Origin: an uncultured Gemmatimonadales bacterium
GTDB taxonomy: Bacteria > Gemmatimonadota > Gemmatimonadetes > Gemmatimonadales > GWC2-71-9
DNA length: 64,000 nucleotides
NCBI GenBank assembly: GCA_963771275.1
Contig: CAVYSW010000009.1
Location: forward strand, 96,001-160,000
Direction: 5' to 3'
Each line of letters starts with the position of its first letter. Position 1 is the stretch's first letter. Below are positions 19,268 to 28,847 of the stretch, in pieces. The translations under genes were made by a program, and so were the position numbers. A model generated the notes under the pieces. That model saw nothing but the letters and a program-made list of their open reading frames with translations, was not told the origin of the DNA and searched no databases.

Positions 19268-22066
19268 CTAGGTCACCGGCGGCTCAGAGGGCGCATCGAG
19301 CACGTCGCGCACCCTCCGCGCCAGCACCTCCGGCGTGAACGGCTTCTGCAGGAAGTGGAGCCCCGGCTCGAGCGCGGCTTGCTGCAGCGCCACGTCGTAC
19401 GCGTAGCCGGACATGAGCAGCACTTTGAGGCCAGGATGGTCGGCGCGCAGTCGGTCCGCCAGCGCGGCGCCGTCCATCCCGGGCATGACGACGTCCGTCA
19501 CCAGGATCGCGATCGGTGTTTCCTGTCGCCGGGCCACGAGCATGGCTGCCCCCCCGTCGGCCGCCTCAAGAACCGTGTACCCCAGTCGGCGCAACGACTG
19601 ACACGCCACCGTGCGGACCGCTCCTTCGTCCTCCACGAGCAGGATCGTCTCGTTCCCTTCCAGGGATCCGGGCCGGTCGGGCCCCGCCTCGCCCAGCTCG
19701 GCGGATCCGCGGACCCGCGGCAGGTAGATGCTGAACGCCGCGCCACGGCCGGGCTCACTCTCCACCGCGATGTAGCCGCCGCTCTGCTTGACGACGCCAT
19801 ACACGGTCGCCAGCCCGAGCCCGGTGCCCTTCCCGAGCTCCTTGGTGGTGAAGAACGGCTCGAACAGATGGGCCATGGTCTCGGCGTCCATCCCGCTGCC
19901 GGTATCGGCGACGCGCAGCAGCACGTAGTCCGCCGGGGGCATGACGGTCACGAGATCCGCGGGCGCCACGGTCCCCAACGGGACGTTCACGGTCTCGACC
20001 GTCAGGGTCCCGCCATCCGGCATCGCATCCCGCGCGTTGACCGCGAGATTCATGATCACGTGCTCGAGCTGCCCCGGGTCCGCCTTGACCGCTCCCAGCG
20101 TCGGGTCGAGCCGGGTGACCAGGGTGACGTCCTCGCCGATCAGACGCCGGAGCAGGCGCTCGGCGCCGGTGACGACGGTGTTGAGCGACACGACGCTGGG
20201 CTGCAGCACCTGGCGGCGGCTGAACGCGAGCAGCTGACGGGTCAACACGGTGGCGCGCCGCGCCGCCTCGCGAATCTCCTCGATGTCCGCGCGGCGCTCG
20301 TCCTCGGCCGGCAGGCCATCGAGGATCAGGTCACTGTAGCTCCTGATCACCGTGAGGAGATTGTTGAAGTCGTGCGCCACGCCGCCGGCCAGCTGGCCCA
20401 CGGCCTCCATCTTCTGCGCCTGGCGGAACTGCTCTTCGAGGGCGAGGCGGTCGGTGATGTCCCGCACGATACCGAGGATCCCGACGATCGCGCCGTCCCG
20501 ACGCTGTACGGTGGTGTGAAACTCGCCGACCCGATGCCCACCATCCCTGGTACGCACGCGGAGCTGGGCGGTGGGGCGCGGCTCGTCCTGGAGGACCCGC
20601 TGCAACAGCCCGACCGCCGCCGGGACATCCTCCGGATGCAGCAACCCCACGAACGGCCGGCCCAGCCACTCCTCCCGGGGCCATCCGGTGATCTCCGCGA
20701 ACGCGGGATTGAGGGCCTCGAGCGTCCCGTCCGGCGACATGGCGAAAATCACGTCGCGCACGCCCCCGACCAAGGCCTGATACTGCTCCTGTGACCTCCG
20801 CAGCGCCTCTTCCGCCTGCTTCCGCTGCGTGATATCGACGAAGGCCGAGAGCAGCAGCGACTGGCCTTCGAGCTCGATCGCTTGCGCCGAGTAGCGCAGG
20901 GTGACGATACGGCCGTCCTTCGCGCGCAGCTGCAGCTCGAGGTCCTTCACCTCCCCCCGCGCCGCGAGCAGCCGGAGGATCCGGCCCCGGTCGCCGGAAT
21001 CGAGCCAGAGACCCAGCTCGAACGACGTGCGCCCGATGGCCTCGTCCCGCGTGTGGCCGAACAGGCGCGAGAACTCCTGGTTGATCTCGAGCAGCCGCCC
21101 GTCGCCCAGCCCGCTGACCGAGATCCCCGCCGGGGCCGCGAGGAAGACCTTGGAGAACTTCTCCTCGGACTTGCGCAGCGCCTGCTCGGCCCGCCGGCGC
21201 TCGGTGATGTCCCGGACGGCGACCACCTTGAGACCCCGGCCCCGATGGGTGAGGGCGCGGCCCTGGACTTCGACGGGGAACACCGAGCCGTCCTTGCAGA
21301 GCGCCAGCAGCTCGTGGCGATCGCCCGCCCCGGTCCGGAGACGCTCGCTCACGACCTCCCGGTGCTCGGGTGCCACGATGTCCAGCACGGCTTTCCCGAT
21401 CAACTCCCGCGGCGCGTAGCCGTGCATGGTGGCCAGGCGCTCGTTGCAGTCGACGATTCGCCCCAGGTCGATGACGGCGATGCCCTCGAAGGCGGCCTCC
21501 GACAGCAGACGGAACCGGTCTTCGCTCTCCCGCAGCGCCGCTTCATGCAGCTTCCGGTCCGTGATGTCCTGGATCGTGCCCAACATCCGCAACACCCGAC
21601 CCGCCGCGTCGCATTCCAGGTCGCCCAGACCATGGACCCAGCGCTCGCGCCCGTCATCCGGCCGGACGACCCGATACTCCCGGTCGAAGCGCTGCTGCTT
21701 TCCCAGGACCTCGTGTTCGAAGTACTGCTGCATCTCGGATCGCGCGTCCGGGTGGATGACGGCGACCCATCCCGCGACGTCGTGCGGGTGCGTCCCGTCG
21801 ATCCCGAAGATCTCGTCGAGCACCACGGAGCTGCGCCACCGCCCGGTCTGGACGTCGAGCACGTAGCTGCCGAGCCGCGCGACGGCCTGCGACTGCTGCA
21901 GCAGGCGCTCGTTTTCGGTCAGCTCCACCTCGGTGGGACCCCAGCCCTCCCGCTTGCCGCGCGCGCGGCCGGCGGCCCGAGGCCGAGGACCCTTCTTGGC
22001 AGGCGCCACGAATGACCTCCGGATGAAGCGCAGTCCCCGCGGGGCGGGTGCCCTAAAATGGGGCAT
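19268..22066 (-). CDS. Hybrid sensor histidine kinase (4 PAS, HisKA, HATPase, receiver)
   Basis: [10 protein letters not shown]-box, [28 protein letters not shown], receiver LVEDE..TDVVMPG..KP; true start may be the GTG near 21928. Confidence 0.93.
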   Translation of the reverse strand: MPHFRAPAPRGLRFIRRSFVAPAKKGPRPRAAGRARGKREGWGPTEVELTENERLLQQSQAVARLGSYVLDVQTGRWRSSVVLDEIFGIDGTHPHDVAGWVAVIHPDARSEMQQYFEHEVLGKQQRFDREYRVVRPDDGRERWVHGLGDLECDAAGRVLRMLGTIQDITDRKLHEAALRESEDRFRLLSEAAFEGIAVIDLGRIVDCNERLATMHGYAPRELIGKAVLDIVAPEHREVVSERLRTGAGDRHELLALCKDGSVFPVEVQGRALTHRGRGLKVVAVRDITERRRAEQALRKSEEKFSKVFLAAPAGISVSGLGDGRLLEINQEFSRLFGHTRDEAIGRTSFELGLWLDSGDRGRILRLLAARGEVKDLELQLRAKDGRIVTLRYSAQAIELEGQSLLLSAFVDITQRKQAEEALRRSQEQYQALVGGVRDVIFAMSPDGTLEALNPAFAEITGWPREEWLGRPFVGLLHPEDVPAAVGLLQRVLQDEPRPTAQLRVRTRDGGHRVGEFHTTVQRRDGAIVGILGIVRDITDRLALEEQFRQAQKMEAVGQLAGGVAHDFNNLLTVIRSYSDLILDGLPAEDERRADIEEIREAARRATVLTRQLLAFSRRQVLQPSVVSLNTVVTGAERLLRRLIGEDVTLVTRLDPTLGAVKADPGQLEHVIMNLAVNARDAMPDGGTLTVETVNVPLGTVAPADLVTVMPPADYVLLRVADTGSGMDAETMAHLFEPFFTTKELGKGTGLGLATVYGVVKQSGGYIAVESEPGRGAAFSIYLPRVRGSAELGEAGPDRPGSLEGNETILLVEDEGAVRTVACQSLRRLGYTVLEAADGGAAMLVARRQETPIAILVTDVVMPGMDGAALADRLRADHPGLKVLLMSGYAYDVALQQAALEPGLHFLQKPFTPEVLARRVRDVLDAPSEPPVT

Positions 22067-22425
22067 GCCCGGCGCAAACGCGAGCGGCAGCGCGGCCGGG
22101 CGCTATGCGCTGCGCGAAGCGTGACCTCGCACGTGAGCCGATGATAGTCCTCTCGCGCATGCCGGCTGCCGAAACGCCAAGGCAGAAGAAGCAGGCGTGA
22201 TCACCTTCATAGCTCACCTCACGCGCACCCGCGGTCGCACCGGCCAACACGCGAACGGGCGGCCAAGAGGCCGCCCGCACTCGATTCGTGGTCCGTCGTC
22301 GATGCGCCGCTCAAGCGTCGAAGGTGGAACCTACAGAGTCGCGCCACGTCGGCAACCCGGACGATCCCGTTCGGTCAGGCACGCCACACCCCGGCGCTGG
22401 GAACGGCGGGTCGCCGGGAGTGCCG

Positions 22426-23946
22426 CTATTGGACGCCGACGCTCGGTGCGCGAGCGTCTCCCTCCCCCACGGCTGTCCCGCCGCAGACCCCCAGGGCCGC
22501 GCTGACCTCGCCCAACACACCGTCCGCCCGGGATCGACCGAGACTCCAGCTCCGCCAGTCGGACTGCTGCCGTTCTCGGTACTGCTCCGCCAAATGCCGC
22601 GTGAGGGCACAGCGCTCGGGGAGCGCGAGACTGGCCAGTGCCGCCGCGAGTGCGGGTGTCGCGTCCGCGCTCAGCCGCTCCAGGTAGCGCGCGTCCAGCT
22701 CGTGGCCCCGGCTCGCCTGGAGCAGGTTGGCTCGTGCGATCACGGCGTCCGGGTTGAGCACGTTCATCCCCGCGACGACCGCGAAGCCGGCGATGATCGC
22801 GCCGAACACGAAGCGCTTCCGGTGACCGCGGAGCACCGTTGTCCCAAACCAGGCCAGTGCACCCGCGATCCAGACCATCACCGCCGCGGCGTAGAGCCGG
22901 TCCTGCGTCAGCCCGTACGCGGCACGGTACAGGCGCAGCCGAATCGCGGCGGACGCGATGATCAGGCCCACCAGCAGCAGAATCAGCGTGGCGAGGATAC
23001 GGAAGACGCGTGCCGCCGACCGGTCACTTGCCTTCAGCGACCACTCGCCCGCCATCAGCAGCGGGAGCACGAGGCCCGCGACCGTGACCAACTCGAAGAA
23101 CCCGCGTCGCGCGTATTCGGCGTACGTGAGCCCGACCGCGCTGCGGATCAGGTCCTCCCCGCCGAACAGGTAGCGCGCCTGCACGACCACGAAGGCCAGA
23201 AACAGCACCGCCAGCGCCGCGAGCGGGATGCCGATCTCGACCGCACCCCACGTCGGACTGCCCAGCGCCACGAGGGGGCGCGAGCGTTCGGGGCCGGCCA
23301 CGACGACGCTCCGGAGATATCCGGCGGCGAGCCAGCTTACGATGCCGATCACGATCACGTGCGAGAGCAGTCGCTCGAAGTCCCAGTCGACGAGGAATCG
23401 CGTCAACCGCTCGAACACGGGATCGGCCGAAGCGAGCAGCGCGCCGAAGACGATGATGATGGGAATCGCGACCAGGATCCCGAGCACCACGGCGCGCATG
23501 CTACCATGGGGTGGTCGTCCGCCGGTGGCCCGATCGATCAGGTCGCTGCCGAGCAGCACGATCGGTCCGACGGCGGCCCGGAAGGCGACGCTCGCGCTCT
23601 CGGCGACGTAATCGACGAGGCCGGTGGCGCGGAGCCTCAGGTTGCCGAGCTGCAGCAGGCCCAACGTCAGCGCGGCACAACAGGCCAGCACGTTCCAGCC
23701 CTTGAGGCTGGTCGCGTCACGCCAGGCGAGGCACATGGCGAAGCACGCCGCCGTGAGAAGCAGCGCGGTGAGGGCGGGAAGGCCGGTCCGCCGGGCGGCG
23801 CGGGCGGCAGCGAGGGCGGTACCGATCGACAGCAGGAGCCACGCCGCCGCGCCGGCTCCCCAGGGAGCCGGTCGCAGGAGTTGGTCGCCAACCAGGCCGA
23901 TGACGAGAGCGGCTCCGCAGAGCCACCATGCGGCGCGCCTGGGCAT
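22426..23946 (-). CDS. DUF4153/DUF4173-type polytopic membrane protein
   Basis: LLASADPVF, YAEYARRGFFELV, AYGLT..R, NPDA.IA..N, YLERLSADA motifs; GGAGG RBS. Confidence 0.8.
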   Translation of the reverse strand: MPRRAAWWLCGAALVIGLVGDQLLRPAPWGAGAAAWLLLSIGTALAAARAARRTGLPALTALLLTAACFAMCLAWRDATSLKGWNVLACCAALTLGLLQLGNLRLRATGLVDYVAESASVAFRAAVGPIVLLGSDLIDRATGGRPPHGSMRAVVLGILVAIPIIIVFGALLASADPVFERLTRFLVDWDFERLLSHVIVIGIVSWLAAGYLRSVVVAGPERSRPLVALGSPTWGAVEIGIPLAALAVLFLAFVVVQARYLFGGEDLIRSAVGLTYAEYARRGFFELVTVAGLVLPLLMAGEWSLKASDRSAARVFRILATLILLLVGLIIASAAIRLRLYRAAYGLTQDRLYAAAVMVWIAGALAWFGTTVLRGHRKRFVFGAIIAGFAVVAGMNVLNPDAVIARANLLQASRGHELDARYLERLSADATPALAAALASLALPERCALTRHLAEQYRERQQSDWRSWSLGRSRADGVLGEVSAALGVCGGTAVGEGDARAPSVGVQ

Positions 23947-23979
23947 TCGGGCCTCCGGTCCGGGGCAGGGTGACCGGCT

Positions 23980-24009
23980 ACTATAAAGTACTTTGCTACT
24001 TAAAGTCAA
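23980..24009 (-). promoter_or_regulatory. Sigma70-type promoter (TTGACT-N18-TATAGT) overlapped by an ACTTT-N7-AAAGT inverted repeat
   Basis: AT-rich patch directly upstream of the DUF4153-like gene; motifs read directly from the sequence. Confidence 0.6.
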
Positions 24010-24111
24010 GCCGCGAGGACCGCCGCGGGAGAACGCTCGCCGGCCGCGGCGTGCGGCTCGGCACCAAGGTGATGGGAGAGGTGAGGTACGGCAGGTTGGA
24101 ACGGACCGGAG

Positions 24112-24184
<73 letters not shown>

Positions 24185-24280
24185 GCGGACGTGAACCTAA
24201 CAGGGCCGGGGCCCCGCTTCAACCCTGCGCCGGCCCCGCGCGGCGGGACACGGTGCTACCTTACGCCGGTTGGAGGTCCC

Positions 24281-26428
24281 ATGACTCGATTCGTGCGCGT
24301 GGCAATCGCCGCGCTTGCCGTTACGTTCCCGTCCTCCCGCGCCGGCGCTCAGCGCCCCGATTCCCTGCGCCAGGGCGCCGACTCCGCACTCCGCATGGCG
24401 GCCATCGTCGTCACGGCCACCCGCTCCGAACAGGTGCCGGCGGGCGAGAGTCCCGTGGCCGCGTCGGTGGACACGGTCACGCCCGCCGATCGCGCCGAGG
24501 GCCGGATCGCCGTGGATCTGCTGCGGAACGCCACGGGCGTGCACGTCCAGCAGACGTCCGCCGGCCAGGGCGCCGTCGTGCTGCGCGGCCTGGTCGGCAA
24601 CCAGGTGCTGTACCTCGTCGACGGCATCCCGCTCAACAACGGGACCTATCGTGACGGCCCAGGGCAGTACCTCGCCACGATCGATCCCGAGAGCATCGAC
24701 CGGTTCGAGATCATCCGGGGCCCCGCCTCGGTGCTCTACGGCTCGGACGCGCAGGGTGGCGCCATCAACGTGATCACCCGCCCGCACGCCGTGGGAGTCG
24801 GTTGGAGCCTGGGAGCCACCGCCGAGGCGCGGTCGGCCAACATGGGGGGACGGGTCCACCTCTCCACCGGGTACGGCACGAGCGCGCTGCGCCTGGGCAT
24901 CGGCGCGACGCTGGCGGATGCCGGAGACCTGCGCGCGGGCGGCGCCGTCGGCACGCAGCGGCCCACGGGCTTCACGACGGCGGGGGTGGACGCGCGGCTC
25001 GAGTGGGCGCCGAGCACGCGGCACCGGCTCACCCTCGCGGCCCAGCACTTCGCGATGGACGGCGTCCCCCGCTACGACCGGTACGTGGACTTCCGCGGCC
25101 CCGCGCCGGGGCCCGACGCCCGGTACGAGTTCGACCCCCAGACGCGGCAGCTCGCCTACGCCCGCTACGCGTGGCACGCCGGCACGCAGCTGCTCCGGGT
25201 CCTCACCACGACGGCCAGCCTGGCGGTGCAGCGCGAGGGCCTGCTGCGGCAGCGCCTGCGCGGCGGGGCCCCCGAGGCCGCCACGACCTACACCCGAGAT
25301 GACGTGTTCACGCCCGGGCTGAGCCTGGTGGGCGAGTCCCGGATCGTGGCGGGTGTCCGCGCGATCACGCTCACGTGGGGCGCCGAGATGTACCACGACC
25401 GGCTGTACAGCTACGGCGAGATGACGAACCTGGTGACCGGCGCGGTTGCACCCGTCGTGCGCGAGACCGCGACCGGCCTGATCGCCGCCGGCAAGTTCCC
25501 GACCGGCGCCACGATGGACCGGACCGGCGCGTTTCTCGAGGTCAGCACCCTGGTGCTACCGCGGCTCCGTCTGTCGGCCGGTGGGCGGTGGAGCGGCTTT
25601 CGCACGAAGGCCGAGGTGGGCACCGAGTTCGGCGGCCTGGTCGAGAACACCGCGAGCGCGCTCACCGGGCAGGGCGGCCTGGTGCTCTCCGTCACCGAGT
25701 CCGTGGACGCGGTGGCACGGGTCGCCCAGGGCTTCCGCGCGCCCAACCTCTACGATCTCACGAACATCGGCGCCGTGCCGGGCGGCGTGGTGATCCCCAA
25801 CCCCGACGCGCAGCCCGAGCGCTCCCTGAGCTACGAGGCGGGCGTGCGCGTGCGCACGCGGCGCACCGGCGCCGCGATCACGGCGTACCGCACCCTGATC
25901 AACGACTTCATCGACCGCGTGCCGGCGAGCTTCCACGGCGACACCCTGCTCGACGGCGAGCGCGTGTTCCAGGGCGGGAACGTCGGCGAGGCGCGGTTGT
26001 GGGGCGTCGAGGCGGAGGCGCTGCACGCAGTCGACCGGATCGAAGGCCGCGCCACCCTGCTCTACACCTACGGCCAGCAGACACTGGGCGACGGGACGCG
26101 CGAGCCGATGTCCAAGATCCCGCCGCTCGCCGGCACGCTGCGGCTGCGGTGGCTGGGGTCGGCGGGACGCTGGTGGGCCGGCTACCAGCTGGCGTGGGCC
26201 GGCCGGCAGAATCGGCTCTCGAGCCGCGACCTCACCGACACCCGCATCGCGCCCGACGGCACGCCCGGTTACGCGGTCCATTCCCTGCTCGCGAGCGTCG
26301 CCGTGACGCCGCTGCTCAGCGCGAGCCTCGGGTTCGAGAACCTGGCCAACACGCTCTACCGTACCCACGCGAGCGGCGTGGACGCGCCGGGGCGGAACGT
26401 GTGGGTGGGGGTGCGGTTCCTGCAGTAG
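24281..26428 (+). CDS. TonB-dependent outer-membrane receptor
   Basis: TonB box IVVTATR, plug motifs LRG..LVDGIP and EIIRGPASVLYGSDA.GG, AQGFRAP, ENLANTLY..PGRN C-terminus; GGAGG RBS. Confidence 0.93.
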   Translation: MTRFVRVAIAALAVTFPSSRAGAQRPDSLRQGADSALRMAAIVVTATRSEQVPAGESPVAASVDTVTPADRAEGRIAVDLLRNATGVHVQQTSAGQGAVVLRGLVGNQVLYLVDGIPLNNGTYRDGPGQYLATIDPESIDRFEIIRGPASVLYGSDAQGGAINVITRPHAVGVGWSLGATAEARSANMGGRVHLSTGYGTSALRLGIGATLADAGDLRAGGAVGTQRPTGFTTAGVDARLEWAPSTRHRLTLAAQHFAMDGVPRYDRYVDFRGPAPGPDARYEFDPQTRQLAYARYAWHAGTQLLRVLTTTASLAVQREGLLRQRLRGGAPEAATTYTRDDVFTPGLSLVGESRIVAGVRAITLTWGAEMYHDRLYSYGEMTNLVTGAVAPVVRETATGLIAAGKFPTGATMDRTGAFLEVSTLVLPRLRLSAGGRWSGFRTKAEVGTEFGGLVENTASALTGQGGLVLSVTESVDAVARVAQGFRAPNLYDLTNIGAVPGGVVIPNPDAQPERSLSYEAGVRVRTRRTGAAITAYRTLINDFIDRVPASFHGDTLLDGERVFQGGNVGEARLWGVEAEALHAVDRIEGRATLLYTYGQQTLGDGTREPMSKIPPLAGTLRLRWLGSAGRWWAGYQLAWAGRQNRLSSRDLTDTRIAPDGTPGYAVHSLLASVAVTPLLSASLGFENLANTLYRTHASGVDAPGRNVWVGVRFLQ

Positions 26429-26450
26429 AAGCGGCGGCAGGGGCGGCAGA

Positions 26451-26522
26451 TGGCCCCAAGGGGAATCGAACCCCTGTTCCCACCTTGAAAGAGTGGTGTC
26501 CTAGCCGTTAGACGATGGGGCC
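26451..26522 (-). tRNA. tRNA-Glu (TTC)
   Basis: GGCCCCA acceptor stem, anticodon arm CCACT-CTTTCAA-GGTGG, T arm AGGGG-TTCGATT-CCCCT. Confidence 0.95.
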
Positions 26523-26548
26523 TGCGAGCCTGCCGGAGGGAAAGGTAA

Positions 26549-26621
26549 TAGCGGTAACGGGAATCGAACCCGTGTTTCAGCCTTGAGAGGGCCGCGTCCT
26601 AGTCCCCTAGACGATACCGCC
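26549..26621 (-). tRNA. tRNA-Glu (CTC)
   Basis: GGCGGTA acceptor stem, anticodon arm CGGCC-CTCTCAA-GGCTG, T arm ACGGG-TTCGATT-CCCGT. Confidence 0.95.
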
Positions 26622-26699
26622 GCGCGGGCTGCAATATCGCGACCCCTCCCACTCCGCCGCAACCGGCTGCACGGGAGGGTCCGCGCCCGCGCTCTGCCC

Positions 26700-28730
26700 C
26701 TACCAGATCTTCACGCGCTGCTCCGGCGGCAGATACATCTTGTCGCTCGGCTTCACGTCGAACGCCGTGTAGAAGGCCGGCACGTTCCGCACCGTCCCGT
26801 TCGCGCGGAATTCGGCCGGCGAGTGGGGGTTGGTCTTGAGCTGGTTGAGCAGCGCCTGGTCGCGCTGCTTGCCCCGCCACACCTGCGCCCACCCCAGGAA
26901 GAACCGCTGGTCGCCCGTCAGGCCGTCGATCACCGGCGCCTGGCGGTCGCCGAGCGCGAGGTGGTACGCCTTGTAGGCGATCGAGAGCCCGCCCAGGTCG
27001 CCGATGTTCTCGCCGATCGTGAGCGCACCGTTGACGTGCTGCCCGGGCAGCGGCTCGAACTGGTTGTACTGCTGGATCAGCATCGTGGTGCGCTGCTCGA
27101 ATTCGGCGCGATCCTGCGGCGTCCACCAGCTGGTGAGATTCCCGTCGCCGTCGTACTTGCTTCCCTGGTCGTCGAATCCGTGGCCGATCTCGTGCCCGAT
27201 GACCGCGCCGATCCCGCCGTAATTCACCGCATCGTCCGCCGCCATGTTGAAGAACGGCGGCTGCAGGATCGCGGCCGGGAAGACGACCTCGTTCATCGAC
27301 GCGTTGTAGTACGCGTTCACCGTCTGCGGCGTCATGCCCCACTCGGCGCGATCCACCGGCTTGCCGAGCCGCGACAGCTGCCGGGCGTAGCCGAACTCCG
27401 CCATCCGGCGCACGTTCCCGACCAGGTCGTCGCGCCGGATCGCCAGCGTGGAGTAGTCCCACCACGTGTCGGGGTAGCCGATCTTGGGCGTGAACTTGGC
27501 CAGCTTGGCGAGCGCCCGCTGCCTGGTCTCGGGGCTCATCCAGTCGAGCTGCGTGATGCTCTGCCGGTACGCCTCGATCAGGTTCGTGACGAGCGCCTCC
27601 ATCCGCGCCTTCGCCTCCGGCGGGAAGTACCGCTCCACGTACATCCGGCCGACCGCGAAGCCGAGCCCTCCGCCCCCCAGTCCGCCGCTCAGCTGCTGGA
27701 CGGCGCGCTTCCAGCGCGGCCGGATCTCCTCGGTGCCCTGGAGCGTCCGGCCGTAGAACTCGAAGTCCGCGTCCACGAAGTCCTTGCTCAGCACGTCGGC
27801 GTAGCGCCGGATGACGTGCCAGGTCATCCAGCTCTTCCACTGCTCGAGCGGCACGGAATCCAGCGCTCCCGCCAGCGCCGTGAAGTAGCTCGGCTGCCGC
27901 ACGATCACCTCGGTGACGCCGGTGGCGCCCGCGGCCGCGAAGTACGCCGCCCAGTCGAGCCCGGGCGTCAGCGCGGCGAGGCCCGCGCGGTCCAGCTTGG
28001 TGTACGCCTTGTCCCGGTCCCGGCTCTGCACCCGGGTCCAGTGACTCCGCGCGAGGCGCGTTTCCAGCGTCATGACGTTCCGGGCGCCCTCGGCGGGATC
28101 GGGCACCCGCGCCAAGGTGAGCAGCCGCTCGACGTGCGCGACGTACTTGTCGCGCAGCCCCTTGAACGTGTCCTCCCGGTAGTACGACTCGTCCGGCAGG
28201 CCGATGCCACCCTGGGACAGGTTCACGACATAGCGGTCCGACTGCTTGTCGTCCTGGCGCACGCCCGCCGCGAACGCGCCGGGCACGCCGTCGCGCGCGA
28301 GCCGCGCCATCAGGCGCAGCAGGTCGACCTTGGTCGCGACGGCGCGCACCGCCGCCAGCTCGTCCGCGATCGGCCCGGCGCCGAGCGAATCTGCCCGCGC
28401 GGCGTTCATGTAGGCGGCATAGAAGTCGCCGACCTTCTGCGCGTCGGAGCCCGGCGCGTTCGACGCGCGCGCGGCCGCCTCGATCAGCGCCTGGAGTTGG
28501 CCCTGCACGCTGTCGGCGAGCTGCTGGAACGAGCCGTAGCCCGCCTGATCGGCCGGGATCGCGAACGTCGCGAGCCACTTCCCGTTCAGGGAGCGGAAGA
28601 AGTCGTCCTGCGGCCGCACCGCCGGATCCACGTACTGCCTGTCGATGCCCGAGACCGCGGCGCGCTGCTGCGCGGAGAGCGGGCCGCCCAGGACGACGAC
28701 GGCGAGCACCAAGCCGAGAAGGCGCTTCAT
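26700..28730 (-). CDS. pepO: M13 family metalloendopeptidase (PepO/neprilysin-like), secreted
   Basis: PQDDFF, KIGYP, VNAYY, HEIGHGFDDQG (HExxH), GENIGDLGG, PHSP. Confidence 0.95.
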   Translation of the reverse strand: MKRLLGLVLAVVVLGGPLSAQQRAAVSGIDRQYVDPAVRPQDDFFRSLNGKWLATFAIPADQAGYGSFQQLADSVQGQLQALIEAAARASNAPGSDAQKVGDFYAAYMNAARADSLGAGPIADELAAVRAVATKVDLLRLMARLARDGVPGAFAAGVRQDDKQSDRYVVNLSQGGIGLPDESYYREDTFKGLRDKYVAHVERLLTLARVPDPAEGARNVMTLETRLARSHWTRVQSRDRDKAYTKLDRAGLAALTPGLDWAAYFAAAGATGVTEVIVRQPSYFTALAGALDSVPLEQWKSWMTWHVIRRYADVLSKDFVDADFEFYGRTLQGTEEIRPRWKRAVQQLSGGLGGGGLGFAVGRMYVERYFPPEAKARMEALVTNLIEAYRQSITQLDWMSPETRQRALAKLAKFTPKIGYPDTWWDYSTLAIRRDDLVGNVRRMAEFGYARQLSRLGKPVDRAEWGMTPQTVNAYYNASMNEVVFPAAILQPPFFNMAADDAVNYGGIGAVIGHEIGHGFDDQGSKYDGDGNLTSWWTPQDRAEFEQRTTMLIQQYNQFEPLPGQHVNGALTIGENIGDLGGLSIAYKAYHLALGDRQAPVIDGLTGDQRFFLGWAQVWRGKQRDQALLNQLKTNPHSPAEFRANGTVRNVPAFYTAFDVKPSDKMYLPPEQRVKIW

Positions 28731-28847
28731 GGGAATCCCTCGTGCCGGGGAGATGGATGGCGAATAATAGGGTGGCGGCCGGGTGGTGTGCAGCAGGCGT
28801 AGTCTCCGAGCCGGCGCCGGTCCTTCAGAATGCCCTGGGGAACCCTC

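Noticed and set aside
22197..22505. ORF beginning MITFIAHL (ABM-monooxygenase-like start)
   Set aside because: The resemblance lasts only about 8 residues, then low-complexity sequence; not supportable
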